Assembly (NCBI GenBank): GCA_000008885.1
Contig: BA000021.3
Span: 90,001 to 122,000 of the forward strand
DNA length: 32,000 bases
Direction: 5' to 3'
Origin: Wigglesworthia glossinidia endosymbiont of Glossina brevipalpis
GTDB lineage: Bacteria > Pseudomonadota > Gammaproteobacteria > Enterobacterales > Enterobacteriaceae
This document shows positions 19,375-28,415 of the stretch, piece after piece. Both the position numbers and the translations under genes were made by a program. The notes under the pieces were generated by a model that saw only the letters and a list, made by a program, of their open reading frames with translations, had not been told where the DNA came from and ran no database searches. The stretch's first letter is position 1. Each line of letters begins with the position of its first letter.

Positions 19375-20625
19375 AAAAATTTTTTTTAATTTTTTATTAT
19401 CTTTTAGGATTGCCTTTATTTTTAATAAAGGATTAAAAAAAGAAAATATGACTTATTTTGTTTTTTATTCGTTGGTATTTGGAATTGCTTTAAGCGTAAC
19501 TTTTAGTATATTATCTTTAGGTGTAGTAAATGGATTTGAAAGTGAATTAAAAAATAAAATTTTAAATATCATCCCTCATATAGAAGTTAATTTTTTAAAT
19601 AAAAACCAAATTAATTTGGAAAATATAAAAAAAAAATTAATAATATTTCTGGAGTAATTTCTAATTATTCTTATTTAGATTTTTCTGGATTAGTTCAAAA
19701 TAAAAAAAAGCTAGAAGTAATTTTTGTAAGAGCTATTGACGATCATGATTTTGATAAATATAAATATTTTTTATATGAAAAAAATAAAAATATTTTATAT
19801 AAATTAAATAAAAATAATAACTCAGTGGTTATAGGATCAGGAATAGCTAAAAAATTAAATTTAAATATAGGAGATAAATTATCAATTATTATATCTAATA
19901 ATTTAAATAATAAATTTTTATTACCTAGAACAATTGAATTAAATGTAGTTGATATTATTTCTTTTTTTAGTCAATTAGATTACCAGTTTGCAGTTGTTTC
20001 TTTATCTTCTGCGCAAAAATATCTTTATAGAGAAAATGAAATAGATGGTATTAGTATAAATGTAAAAAATATTTTTAATTTAGAGAAAATAATAAAAGAA
20101 ATAAAAAAAACAAATGAAAAAGAACAAATTAAAATTGAAACATGGATTTCAAAATACGGTTATATGTATAAAGATATAAATAAAATTAGAATTATTGTTT
20201 ATTTATCTATGTTTTTAATGATTTTAATTTCTTCTTCTAGCATTATTATAATCACAACTGCTTTGGTAAAAAGAAAAAAAAAAGATATTGCAATGCTATA
20301 TACATTAGGAGCAAAGAAAAGTTTTATATATAATATATTTTTATGTAATGGTATATTTTATGGATCTATAGGATCTACTATAGGAGTAATATTTGGATTG
20401 ATATTATCAAATAATTTTAATTTAATAATAAAAAAAATAGAAAATTTATTTAATTTTAAAATAATATCTAATAAAGTTTATTTTATTGATTTTGTTCCAA
20501 TAAAAATATTTTATATTGATATTTTTTTTATATTTTGTTTTTCTTTTACATTAATATGTATTTCAAGTTTATTTTCTGCAATAAAAATAATTAATAGTAA
20601 TTATATTAAATCACTAATATCATAA
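19346..20625 (+). pseudogene. lolE: Lipoprotein-release permease LolE, interrupted by one frameshift at an A10 tract (19627-19636); ORFs 19346-19657 and (open from 19636) to 20625
   Basis: The first part, ..GVVNGFESELKNKILNIIPHIEV, resembles E. coli LolE ..[22 protein letters not shown]. Hand translation of phase 1 from 19636 gives INNISGVISNYSYLDFSGLVQN.., resembling [20 protein letters not shown]. The rest continues uninterrupted to ..YGYMYKDI.. and the C-terminal helices. One extra A would restore a full-length protein of about 427 aa. Confidence 0.85.
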
Positions 20626-20646
20626 AAATTATTTATTTTAATAATT

Positions 20647-22041
20647 TTATTTATCGATATTATTAAAATATTTTTCTATACAATCAACTAACAAAGTTGA
20701 TAAACCAATATATTTTTCAGGTGTAATATTTTTTAAAATATTTTTATCACTATTTTTAATTTTCAAATTTTCTACAAAACTTTTCAAAGTTTCAGGATCT
20801 AGATCTTTTTTGATTAAAAAATCTTTTACTAACTCATAAGAATTTTTAATTTTATTCCTGCGCATCAAAGTTTGGATAGGTTCTGAAAGAACTTCCCAAT
20901 GAGATCTTAAATCAGATTTTATATTAAATTTATTAATTTCTAAATTTGAAATTCCATTTAAAAATTTTTTATATGCAATAAAAGAATAGCTTATCGCTAA
21001 TCCTATATTTCTTAAAGAAGTAGAATCAGTCAAATCTCTTTGCCATCTAGATATTGATAATTTATTAGATAAATGATTTAAAATAGCATTAGATAATTCT
21101 AAATTTCCTTCAGAATTTTCAAAATCTATTGGATTTATTTTGTGAGGCATAACAGAAGATCCAATTTTACCTTTATTATATTTGTTCTTAAAAAAATTAA
21201 TAGATAAATACCCCCATATGTCTCTGTTAAAATTTATTAAAATATTATTAAATCTAGAAAAACAATGCAATATTTCTGATATATAATCATGAGGCTCAAT
21301 CTGAGTAGTAAACAAATTTAGTTCTATTCCAAGACTATTTACAAATTCTTTGCTAAAATTAATCCAATCAACATTAGGGTAAGAAATAAAATGAGCATTA
21401 TAATTTCCAACAGTTCCATTTATTTTACCAAGAATTTTAATTTTTTTTAATTGATTAAATTGTCTTATCAATCTATAAGAAAAGTTACAAAATTCTTTTC
21501 CTAATGTAGATGGAGTTGCAGGCTGACCGTGAGTTCTAGATATTATTGGAAAATTTTTATATTTTTTAGAAAAAGAAACAATATTTTTAATTATTTTATA
21601 CCAAATTGGAATTATTATTTCATTTCTTGTTTTGATTATCATCAAAGCATATGAAAGATTATTTATATCTTCAGATGTACATGCAAAATGTATAAATTCT
21701 TTTTTTTCATCTAAACTTTTCATTAAAGAAAATTTTTTCTTTAAAAAATACTCTACTGCTTTAATATCATGATTAGTTTTACGCTCAATATTTTTTATTT
21801 CTATAGCATCTTTCAAGCTAAAATTATTTAAAATGTTATTTAAAAAAATTTTTTCTTCAGAAATTAGAGGTTCAATATCATTAATTTTTTCACATTCAGA
21901 GATTTTTTTAAACCATTCTATTTCAATAATTAATCTATATTTTAACAAACTAAATTCGCTAAAAATATTTCTAAGTGATTTAACATATTCAAAATATCTA
22001 CCATCTACAGGAGAAATTGCAGTTAAATGAGATAATTTCAT
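20647..22041 (-). CDS. purB: Adenylosuccinate lyase
   Basis: 464 aa. MKLSHLTAISPVDGRY resembles E. coli MELSSLTAVSPVDGRY. SRTHGQPATPST and GSSVMPHKINPIDFENSEGN are signature segments. Confidence 0.95.
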   Translation of the reverse strand: MKLSHLTAISPVDGRYFEYVKSLRNIFSEFSLLKYRLIIEIEWFKKISECEKINDIEPLISEEKIFLNNILNNFSLKDAIEIKNIERKTNHDIKAVEYFLKKKFSLMKSLDEKKEFIHFACTSEDINNLSYALMIIKTRNEIIIPIWYKIIKNIVSFSKKYKNFPIISRTHGQPATPSTLGKEFCNFSYRLIRQFNQLKKIKILGKINGTVGNYNAHFISYPNVDWINFSKEFVNSLGIELNLFTTQIEPHDYISEILHCFSRFNNILINFNRDIWGYLSINFFKNKYNKGKIGSSVMPHKINPIDFENSEGNLELSNAILNHLSNKLSISRWQRDLTDSTSLRNIGLAISYSFIAYKKFLNGISNLEINKFNIKSDLRSHWEVLSEPIQTLMRRNKIKNSYELVKDFLIKKDLDPETLKSFVENLKIKNSDKNILKNITPEKYIGLSTLLVDCIEKYFNNIDK

Positions 22042-22070
22042 ATAAAATGGCCTAAAAAAAAATAATTTTA

Positions 22071-22099
22071 AATATACTGATAAAAAAATTTTTTTGCAA
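22071..22099 (-). promoter_or_regulatory. Candidate sigma70 promoter for purB
   Basis: On the minus strand: TTGCAA (22099-22094), a 17-nt spacer, then TATATT (22076-22071), about 30 nt upstream of the purB ATG. This is a motif match only, and -10-like hexamers are abundant in this AT-rich DNA. Confidence 0.3.
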
Positions 22100-22152
22100 A
22101 AAAAAATTACTTATTAATAAAAATTTTTAATTTAAAAAATTAAAGTTTTAAA

Positions 22153-23259
22153 TCATTTGTCAATGACTAATTTTCTACTTTTTATTATTCCTCCTCCTAA
22201 ACATCTATCTAACAAATAAAAAACAGCATATTGTCCAGGAGCGACAGAAGAAATTGGTTTATAAAATATTACTTCTATAGATTTTTTATCTATAGGTATA
22301 ACTAAGCATAAAGTGCTATTTTGGCGATATCTGGTTTTTACCATGCATTTAATAGGATTTTTTAAATAAATTTGATCTATCCAATTAGTTTCTATGATAA
22401 TTATGCTTGTAGACATTAGATATGGATTATTTTTTCCTTGAGATACTATTAAATAATTTTTATCTATTTTTTTATCTACTACATACCATGGATCATGGCA
22501 ATTATAATATATTTTTTTAATATTTAATCCTTTTCTTTGTCCTATTGTATAATACATTAATCCTTTATGAGTTCCAATTTGCTTTTTTTCTGTAGAAAAA
22601 ATCAATCCTGGATCGTCATGCAAATAATTTTTAATAAATTTATTAAAATTTTTGTTTCCAATAAAACAAATTCCTGTAGAATCTCTTTTTTTTGATGTAA
22701 TCAAATTCAATTTGGAAGCGATATATCTGACTTTTGACTTTAAAATATTTCCAATAGGGAATATACATTTAGAAAGTTCTTTGTAATTTATTTGATGTAA
22801 AAAATAACTTTGATCTTTTTTTAAGTCAAATGCAGAAAATAATTGGCTTTTACCGTTAAAATTTATTTTTCTTACATAGTGTCCTGTTGCTATATAATCA
22901 GCTTGCATTTCTTTTATAGCAAAATTTAAAAAATATTTAAATTTTATTTCTTTATTGCATAATATATCTGGGTTAGGAGTATTTCCTATTTTATACTCTC
23001 TGAGAAAGATTTTAAAAACTTTATTCCAATATTGTTCAGAAAAATTTACTATATTAATATTAATTCCAATTTGATCGCATACTATTTGAGCATCTTTTAG
23101 GTCTTTTTTGAATGTACATTTAATGCTAGAATTAATTTCTTCCCAATTTTTCATAAAAACACCTTCTACATGGTATCCACTTTTTTTTAAAAACCATGCA
23201 GAAACTGAAGAATCTACTCCACCAGAAATAGCTATTATTACTTTCTTTTTTTTGTTCAT
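22153..23259 (-). CDS. mnmA: tRNA-specific 2-thiouridylase
   Basis: 368 aa. It has the PP-loop [23 protein letters not shown], and TGHY. Its position next to purB matches E. coli, but without hflD between them. Confidence 0.95.
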
Positions 23260-23537
23260 TTTTTATTTTTTAGTAAAATCAATTATTATTTAATTTATAA
23301 TTAATTAAACTAATTTTATTTTTTTTAAATTCAATCAATTTAAATTAATTATTTTATTTTAAACGAATAAATAATAAAACAAAAATTTTATTTTTTAAAA
23401 AAATTTTAAAATGTTAAAATGTATTTTATAAAAAATATTAAATAAATTATTAAAAACAATTTTTTTAAATAAAAATATTATGTTGTATATTTTATAATAT
23501 TTTAATATTATTAAATTATTTTAATATAATGTAAATA

Positions 23538-23570
23538 CTTTTAGTTTATTTGAAATATCTTTTAGTTTAT
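23538..23570 (+). repeat. 12-bp direct repeat CTTTTAGTTTAT x2 with 21-bp period, flanking TTGAAATAT
   Basis: Exact copies lie at 23538-23549 and 23559-23570. They are about 90-120 nt upstream of the htpX start. Confidence 0.6.
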
Positions 23571-23576
23571 GCAAAT
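23550..23576 (+). promoter_or_regulatory. Candidate heat-shock (sigma32-type) promoter of htpX
   Basis: TTGAAA (23550-23555), a 13-nt spacer, then ATGCAAAT. This has the -35 and spacing of the sigma32 consensus CTTGAAA-N13/14-CCCCATnT, but a degenerate -10. The same 18-nt motif is found upstream of grpE. Confidence 0.35.
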
Positions 23577-23656
23577 AATTAACAATTATTGTTTTTTGTT
23601 TTGAACAAAATTTAGATTAATTAGTTTTTTATAAATAAATTATATGAGGTTATTTT

Positions 23657-24541
23657 ATGATGCGTATTTTACTTTTTATACTGACTAATTTATCTGTAAT
23701 GATAATATTTGGAATAATATTATTTATTACTGGAATTAAATCATCTAGCTCATTTGGATTAATAATAATGTCTGGAGTTTTTGGTTTTGGTGGATCTATA
23801 ATATCTTTATTATTATCTAAGTATATAGCAATAAATTCAGTAAATGCAAAAATTATAAAAAATCCAAAAAATGATATTGAAAATTGGTTGTTTAATACAA
23901 TAAAGTTGCAATCACAAAAAGCAAATATTGGAACTCCAGATATAGCTATTTACGACGCTGAAGATATTAATGCTTTTGCTACAGGCCCAAAAAAAAATTC
24001 TGCATTAATTGCAGTTAGTACTGGTTTGTTGAATAATATGAGCAAAAAAGAAGCAGAAGCAGTTTTAGCTCATGAAATTAGTCATATTTCCAACGGAGAT
24101 ATGATAACAATGACACTTATTCAAGGCGTAGTAAATACATTTGTTATATTCTTATCTCGAGTTATTTCTAAATTTATAGTAAATTTATTTTCTACAAACA
24201 AAGAAGATGAAAATTCATATGAATCTGAAAATTCATGGTCATATTTTTTTATTTCTATGGCTTTAGAAGTAGTATTTGGAATTTTAGCTAGTATTATTAC
24301 TTTTTGGTTTTCTAGAAAACGAGAATTTTACGCTGATGCAGGATCAGCTGAAATAGTTGGTAAAAATAATATGATAGCTGCTTTACAAAAAATAAAAAAT
24401 ACTTGTGAGCCTAATGTTGGAAAAGAATTATTAGCTTTTTGCATTAATGGAAAAAAATCATTTAATGAAATTTTTATGTCTCATCCACCTATAGATAAAA
24501 GAATACAAGCATTAATTCAAGAAAAATATATGAAAAAATAA
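23657..24541 (+). CDS. htpX: Membrane zinc metalloprotease HtpX
   Basis: 294 aa. [15 protein letters not shown] resembles E. coli MMRIALFLLTNLAVM. It has [11 protein letters not shown] (HExxH) and the C-terminal [15 protein letters not shown] lies 7 nt upstream. Confidence 0.95.
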   Translation: MMRILLFILTNLSVMIIFGIILFITGIKSSSSFGLIIMSGVFGFGGSIISLLLSKYIAINSVNAKIIKNPKNDIENWLFNTIKLQSQKANIGTPDIAIYDAEDINAFATGPKKNSALIAVSTGLLNNMSKKEAEAVLAHEISHISNGDMITMTLIQGVVNTFVIFLSRVISKFIVNLFSTNKEDENSYESENSWSYFFISMALEVVFGILASIITFWFSRKREFYADAGSAEIVGKNNMIAALQKIKNTCEPNVGKELLAFCINGKKSFNEIFMSHPPIDKRIQALIQEKYMKK

Positions 24542-24739
24542 AATTTATTAATTAAATTGATTATTTTTTAAATTTAATTAAATTAAACAAAAATAAAATA
24601 AAAATAATAAGTGCATAAATTGCATAACAAATTTTTCATTTATATGACAACATGATTACATTAATTAATAAAATATAAATTATTTTAAATTAATTTTCAT
24701 TAATGAATAAAGTTAAGAATTATATCGGAGTTTTATAAA

Positions 24740-26014
24740 ATGACATTTTGGACAAGTCCTTCAGAATGGGCTGGGTTATTAACTTTGGTCATTTTAGAAA
24801 TTGTCCTTGGAATTGATAATCTAATATTTATTGCTATTCTATCTAATAAACTACCTCCTAAAGACAGAGAAAAAGCAAGAATGATAGGTTTAGTGATAGC
24901 ACTAATTATAAGAATAGGATTGTTGTCACTAATATCATGGATAGTTACATTGACATATCCTTTAATAAAAATAAGCAATATTATTTTTTCTGGTAGAGAT
25001 TTAGTTTTGATATCTGGAGGATTATTTTTAATATTTAAGTCGGTTACTGAACTTCATGAAAGATTAGAACAAAAAGAAATTCAAAATGATAATAATAAAG
25101 TTTACACTAGTTTTTGGATAATGATAGTACAAATTGTTGTTTTAGATGCGGTATTTTCTTTGGATGCTATCATCACAGCTGTAGGAATGGTAAATAATTT
25201 ATTTATTATGATCACAGCAGTAATATTGTCTTTATTTATAATGTTAATATCTTCTTCCATTCTAACAAAATTTATAAATAAGCATAAATCTGTAGTAGTT
25301 TTGTGTTTAAGTTTTTTATTATTAATAGGATTCAGTTTAATAGCAGAAGGATTTAACTATCATATACCAAAAAGTTATTTATATACTGCTATTGTATTTT
25401 CTATATTAATAGAGTTATTTAATCAAATATCTCGTAAAAATTTAATAAAAAATCAATCTATAAAATCAATCAGAGAGCGTGCAGCAGAAGCTATAGTAAA
25501 ATTAATGGGGGGAGGAGTAAATTATAAAGAAAATAATAATTTTTATGAAGATATATCATATAGGCCTATTAAGTCTTCTGAAGAAGAACGTAATATGGTT
25601 GCTGGTATTTTGTCGTTATGCGCTAGATCTTTGTATAGCATTATGACTTTAAGAAAAAATATTGTATGGATAAATACAAAAGATTCAATTGAAAAATCAA
25701 AAAAAAATTTATCTAAATTTTATTTTAGGGTACTTCCTGTTTGTAATGGAGACATAGATAATATTATTGGAATAATAAACATTAAAGATTTTTTGTATGC
25801 AAAAAATATGGAACAAATAAAATATTTAGCAAAATTAAATTCTTTTTTTATAGTAAAAGAAACAAATAATATATTAAAATTATTAAATAAAATCAATAAA
25901 ATAAATGAAAATGTTATATTTGTTTCTGATAAATCAGGAATTATACAAGGATTAATCACTCCTATAGATATTTTAAAAGCTATATATACAGAGTTTTCTA
26001 CAAGAGATGATTAA
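24740..26014 (+). CDS. yoaE: TerC-family integral membrane protein with CBS pair (YoaE-like), lacking the C-terminal CorC/HlyC domain
   Basis: 424 aa. [28 protein letters not shown] resembles E. coli YoaE [28 protein letters not shown]. Similarity continues to ..[12 protein letters not shown] (E. coli GLVTPLDVLEAI) and then the ORF stops. E. coli YoaE continues for roughly 90 more residues. Confidence 0.85.
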   Translation: [424 protein letters not shown]

Positions 26015-26453
26015 TAATAAAATAATTTTTAAAAATTTTTATATAATTTTTTGTTATTTAAAAATAAAATTATTTTACAATATAAAAATTAATTAATTAA
26101 ATTAATAATTTAATTTAAATTTATATTTCTAACTAAAATATATTAAATTTTATCAAGAATATTTTATTAATATAAAAATAAACAAAATTTAAAATTATTT
26201 TTAATTAAATCATTTTAATTTTAATATCTATTTTATTTTATTTTTTAAAATAAATAATTATTAATAAATTGTTTAATTATAAAAATAATATTTAATGTTT
26301 TGTTTTTATATTTAAAAAATAAAAGCAATTTAATATCATAAATTTATTAATTTATAAAATACTTAAAAATATTTTTACTTTTTATAAAAGTATTACATAT
26401 ATTTATATATTCTAAATTAGAATTTAATTCTTATATTTTTTATTGGAGTTTTT

Positions 26454-28301
26454 ATGAAGGCATTTTGTAAGATATTTTTAGATCCATTAAAATGGATATG
26501 GAATGTACTTAATTTCACAAGAAGGCTTGTTTTAAACTTATTATTAATATTGATTATATTCTGCATTTTAATTTTATATTTTCAAACAAATAACCCTATT
26601 AATGAAAATAAAAAGGGAGCTCTATTTATAGATATAATTGGAATAATAGTAGATAAACCATCTTCAAGTAGTAAATTTAAACAATTAAGCAGAGAATTAA
26701 TTGGAAGTTCTAGCAACAAGCTTCAAGAAAACTCCTTATTTGATATAGTATATGCTATACGTAAAGCAAAAGATGATAATAATATAACTGGTTTAGTTTT
26801 GTATTTAAAAGATTTTGCTGGATCAGATCAAACTTCATTACAATATATAGGAAAAGCATTAAAAGAATTTAAAAAAACTGGTAAACCAATATATTCTATT
26901 GGGGATAATTATTCTCAAGCTCAATATTTTTTAGCAAGCTATTCTAATATAATTTACCTTAACCCACAAGGTATGGTGGATTTACATGGAATATCAACTA
27001 ATAATTTTTATTATAAAACTTTTTTAAAAAAATTAAAAATAAATACACATGTATTTCGTGTAGGAAATTATAAATCTGCAGTAGAACCTGTATTAAGAGA
27101 TAATATGTCAGATGAAGCCAAAGAAGATGATAAAAGATGGATCCAAAAACTATGGAGGAGTTATTTAAATGTAATTTCTATTAATAGAAACATAAAAATA
27201 GAAGAAATTTTTCCTAATGTTAAAGAAATTTTAGAAAAATTAAAAATTGTTAAGGGAAATACCGCTGAATTTGCATTAAAAAATAATTTAGTTGATAAAA
27301 TAGAATCTAATCCTGAAATTGAAAAAGAAATGATAAAAATATTCGGATGGAATAAAAACGAAAAATCATTTAATAAAATTAGTATTTATAATTATCAAGA
27401 CAAATTAAAATTTTCAAATAAAGGAGAAATAGCGGTTATATTTGCTAATGGCGTAATTATTAATGGTCCAGATAAACCTGGATTTTCAAGCGGGGATTTT
27501 ATTGCTTACCAAATAAAACAGGCTAGACTAGATCCAAATATTAAATCTTTAGTTGTAAGAATTAATAGCCCGGGAGGAAGTGTCAATGCGTCTGAAATTA
27601 TTAGATCTGAGCTTGATGCTACTAAAAACATGGGAAAACCAGTAGTTGTGTCAATGGGAGGAATTGCGGCTTCTGGAGGATATTGGATATCAACTCCAGC
27701 TAATTATATTATATCCAATCCAGATACACTAACCGGTTCTATTGGCATATTTGGTATTATAAATACAATAGAAAGTACATTAGAAAGCATAGGTATATAT
27801 TCTGATGGAGTATCTACATCACCTTTAGCAAATATTAATATTGCAAAAAAATTACCTTCAGAATTTTTAGAAAAAATGAAACTTATAATAGAAAATGGAT
27901 ATTATAATTTTTTATCATTAGTATCAAAATCAAGAAACAAAACAATAAAAGAAGTAGATAAAATAGGACAAGGACATGTATGGATAGGTACTGATGCTTT
28001 GAAAAAAGGATTGGTAGATAAACTTGGAGATTTTGATGATGCTATAATAAAAGCTGCTGAATTATCTAATTTATCTGATTATGATATAAAATGGAATGAT
28101 CCTGAACCTAGCATAATTGATTTTATATATAAAAATACAAATTTAATAAATATTATAAAATTATATTTAAATTATATTATTCCAGATATAATGGAAAAAA
28201 ATATTTTTGATCAAGTTAAATTAAAATTATTCACAAACTTAACATTAAATGATCCTAAGAATTGCTATGCTATTTGTCTGTCTTGTTATCCCAAAATATA
28301 A
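26454..28301 (+). CDS. sppA: Signal peptide peptidase A (protease IV)
   Basis: 615 aa. It is collinear with E. coli SppA (LQENSLFDIVYAIRKAKDD vs LQENSLFDIVNTIRQAKDD; NSPGGSVNASE; GKPVVVSMGGIAASGGYWISTPANYI). Confidence 0.95.
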   Translation: MKAFCKIFLDPLKWIWNVLNFTRRLVLNLLLILIIFCILILYFQTNNPINENKKGALFIDIIGIIVDKPSSSSKFKQLSRELIGSSSNKLQENSLFDIVYAIRKAKDDNNITGLVLYLKDFAGSDQTSLQYIGKALKEFKKTGKPIYSIGDNYSQAQYFLASYSNIIYLNPQGMVDLHGISTNNFYYKTFLKKLKINTHVFRVGNYKSAVEPVLRDNMSDEAKEDDKRWIQKLWRSYLNVISINRNIKIEEIFPNVKEILEKLKIVKGNTAEFALKNNLVDKIESNPEIEKEMIKIFGWNKNEKSFNKISIYNYQDKLKFSNKGEIAVIFANGVIINGPDKPGFSSGDFIAYQIKQARLDPNIKSLVVRINSPGGSVNASEIIRSELDATKNMGKPVVVSMGGIAASGGYWISTPANYIISNPDTLTGSIGIFGIINTIESTLESIGIYSDGVSTSPLANINIAKKLPSEFLEKMKLIIENGYYNFLSLVSKSRNKTIKEVDKIGQGHVWIGTDALKKGLVDKLGDFDDAIIKAAELSNLSDYDIKWNDPEPSIIDFIYKNTNLINIIKLYLNYIIPDIMEKNIFDQVKLKLFTNLTLNDPKNCYAICLSCYPKI

Positions 28302-28341
28302 TAATATTTTAATTTTTAATAAAAATTTTTAAAATTAATAC

Positions 28342-28370
28342 TTGACGTATAAGAAAGTTTTTGTTTATGT
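28342..28370 (+). promoter_or_regulatory. Candidate gapA promoter
   Basis: TTGACG (28342-28347), a 17-nt spacer, then TTATGT (28365-28370). It sits in a 75-nt leader that is about 28% G+C (hand count 21/75), well above neighbouring spacers. Confidence 0.35.
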
Positions 28371-28415
28371 ACCAGTACATTATGTTTACACAAACAATAA
28401 ATCATTGGTGATACT

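Noticed and set aside
24548-24581. Inverted repeat TTAATTAAATT ... AATTTAATTAA just after htpX, a possible terminator
   Set aside because: The stem is A/T only, thermodynamically weak, and the kind of palindrome expected by chance in DNA that is about 95% A+T. It has no clear T-tail geometry.
24612-24627. TGCATAA x2 (9-bp period) in the 198-bp spacer upstream of the TerC-family gene. Considered as a regulator site or a Mn-sensing yybP-ykoY-type riboswitch, which often precedes TerC-family genes
   Set aside because: The spacer has far too little G/C to form the conserved four-way junction of that riboswitch. A 7-mer duplication is within chance expectation here.
26015-26453. The long AT-rich spacers (also 23260-23656 and 17237-17486), considered as a replication origin, CRISPR leader/array or ncRNA locus
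   Set aside because: I found no DnaA-box matches (TTATCCACA/TGTGGATAA), no regularly spaced direct repeats, and no G/C-rich structured core typical of tRNA, tmRNA or RNase P-type RNAs.
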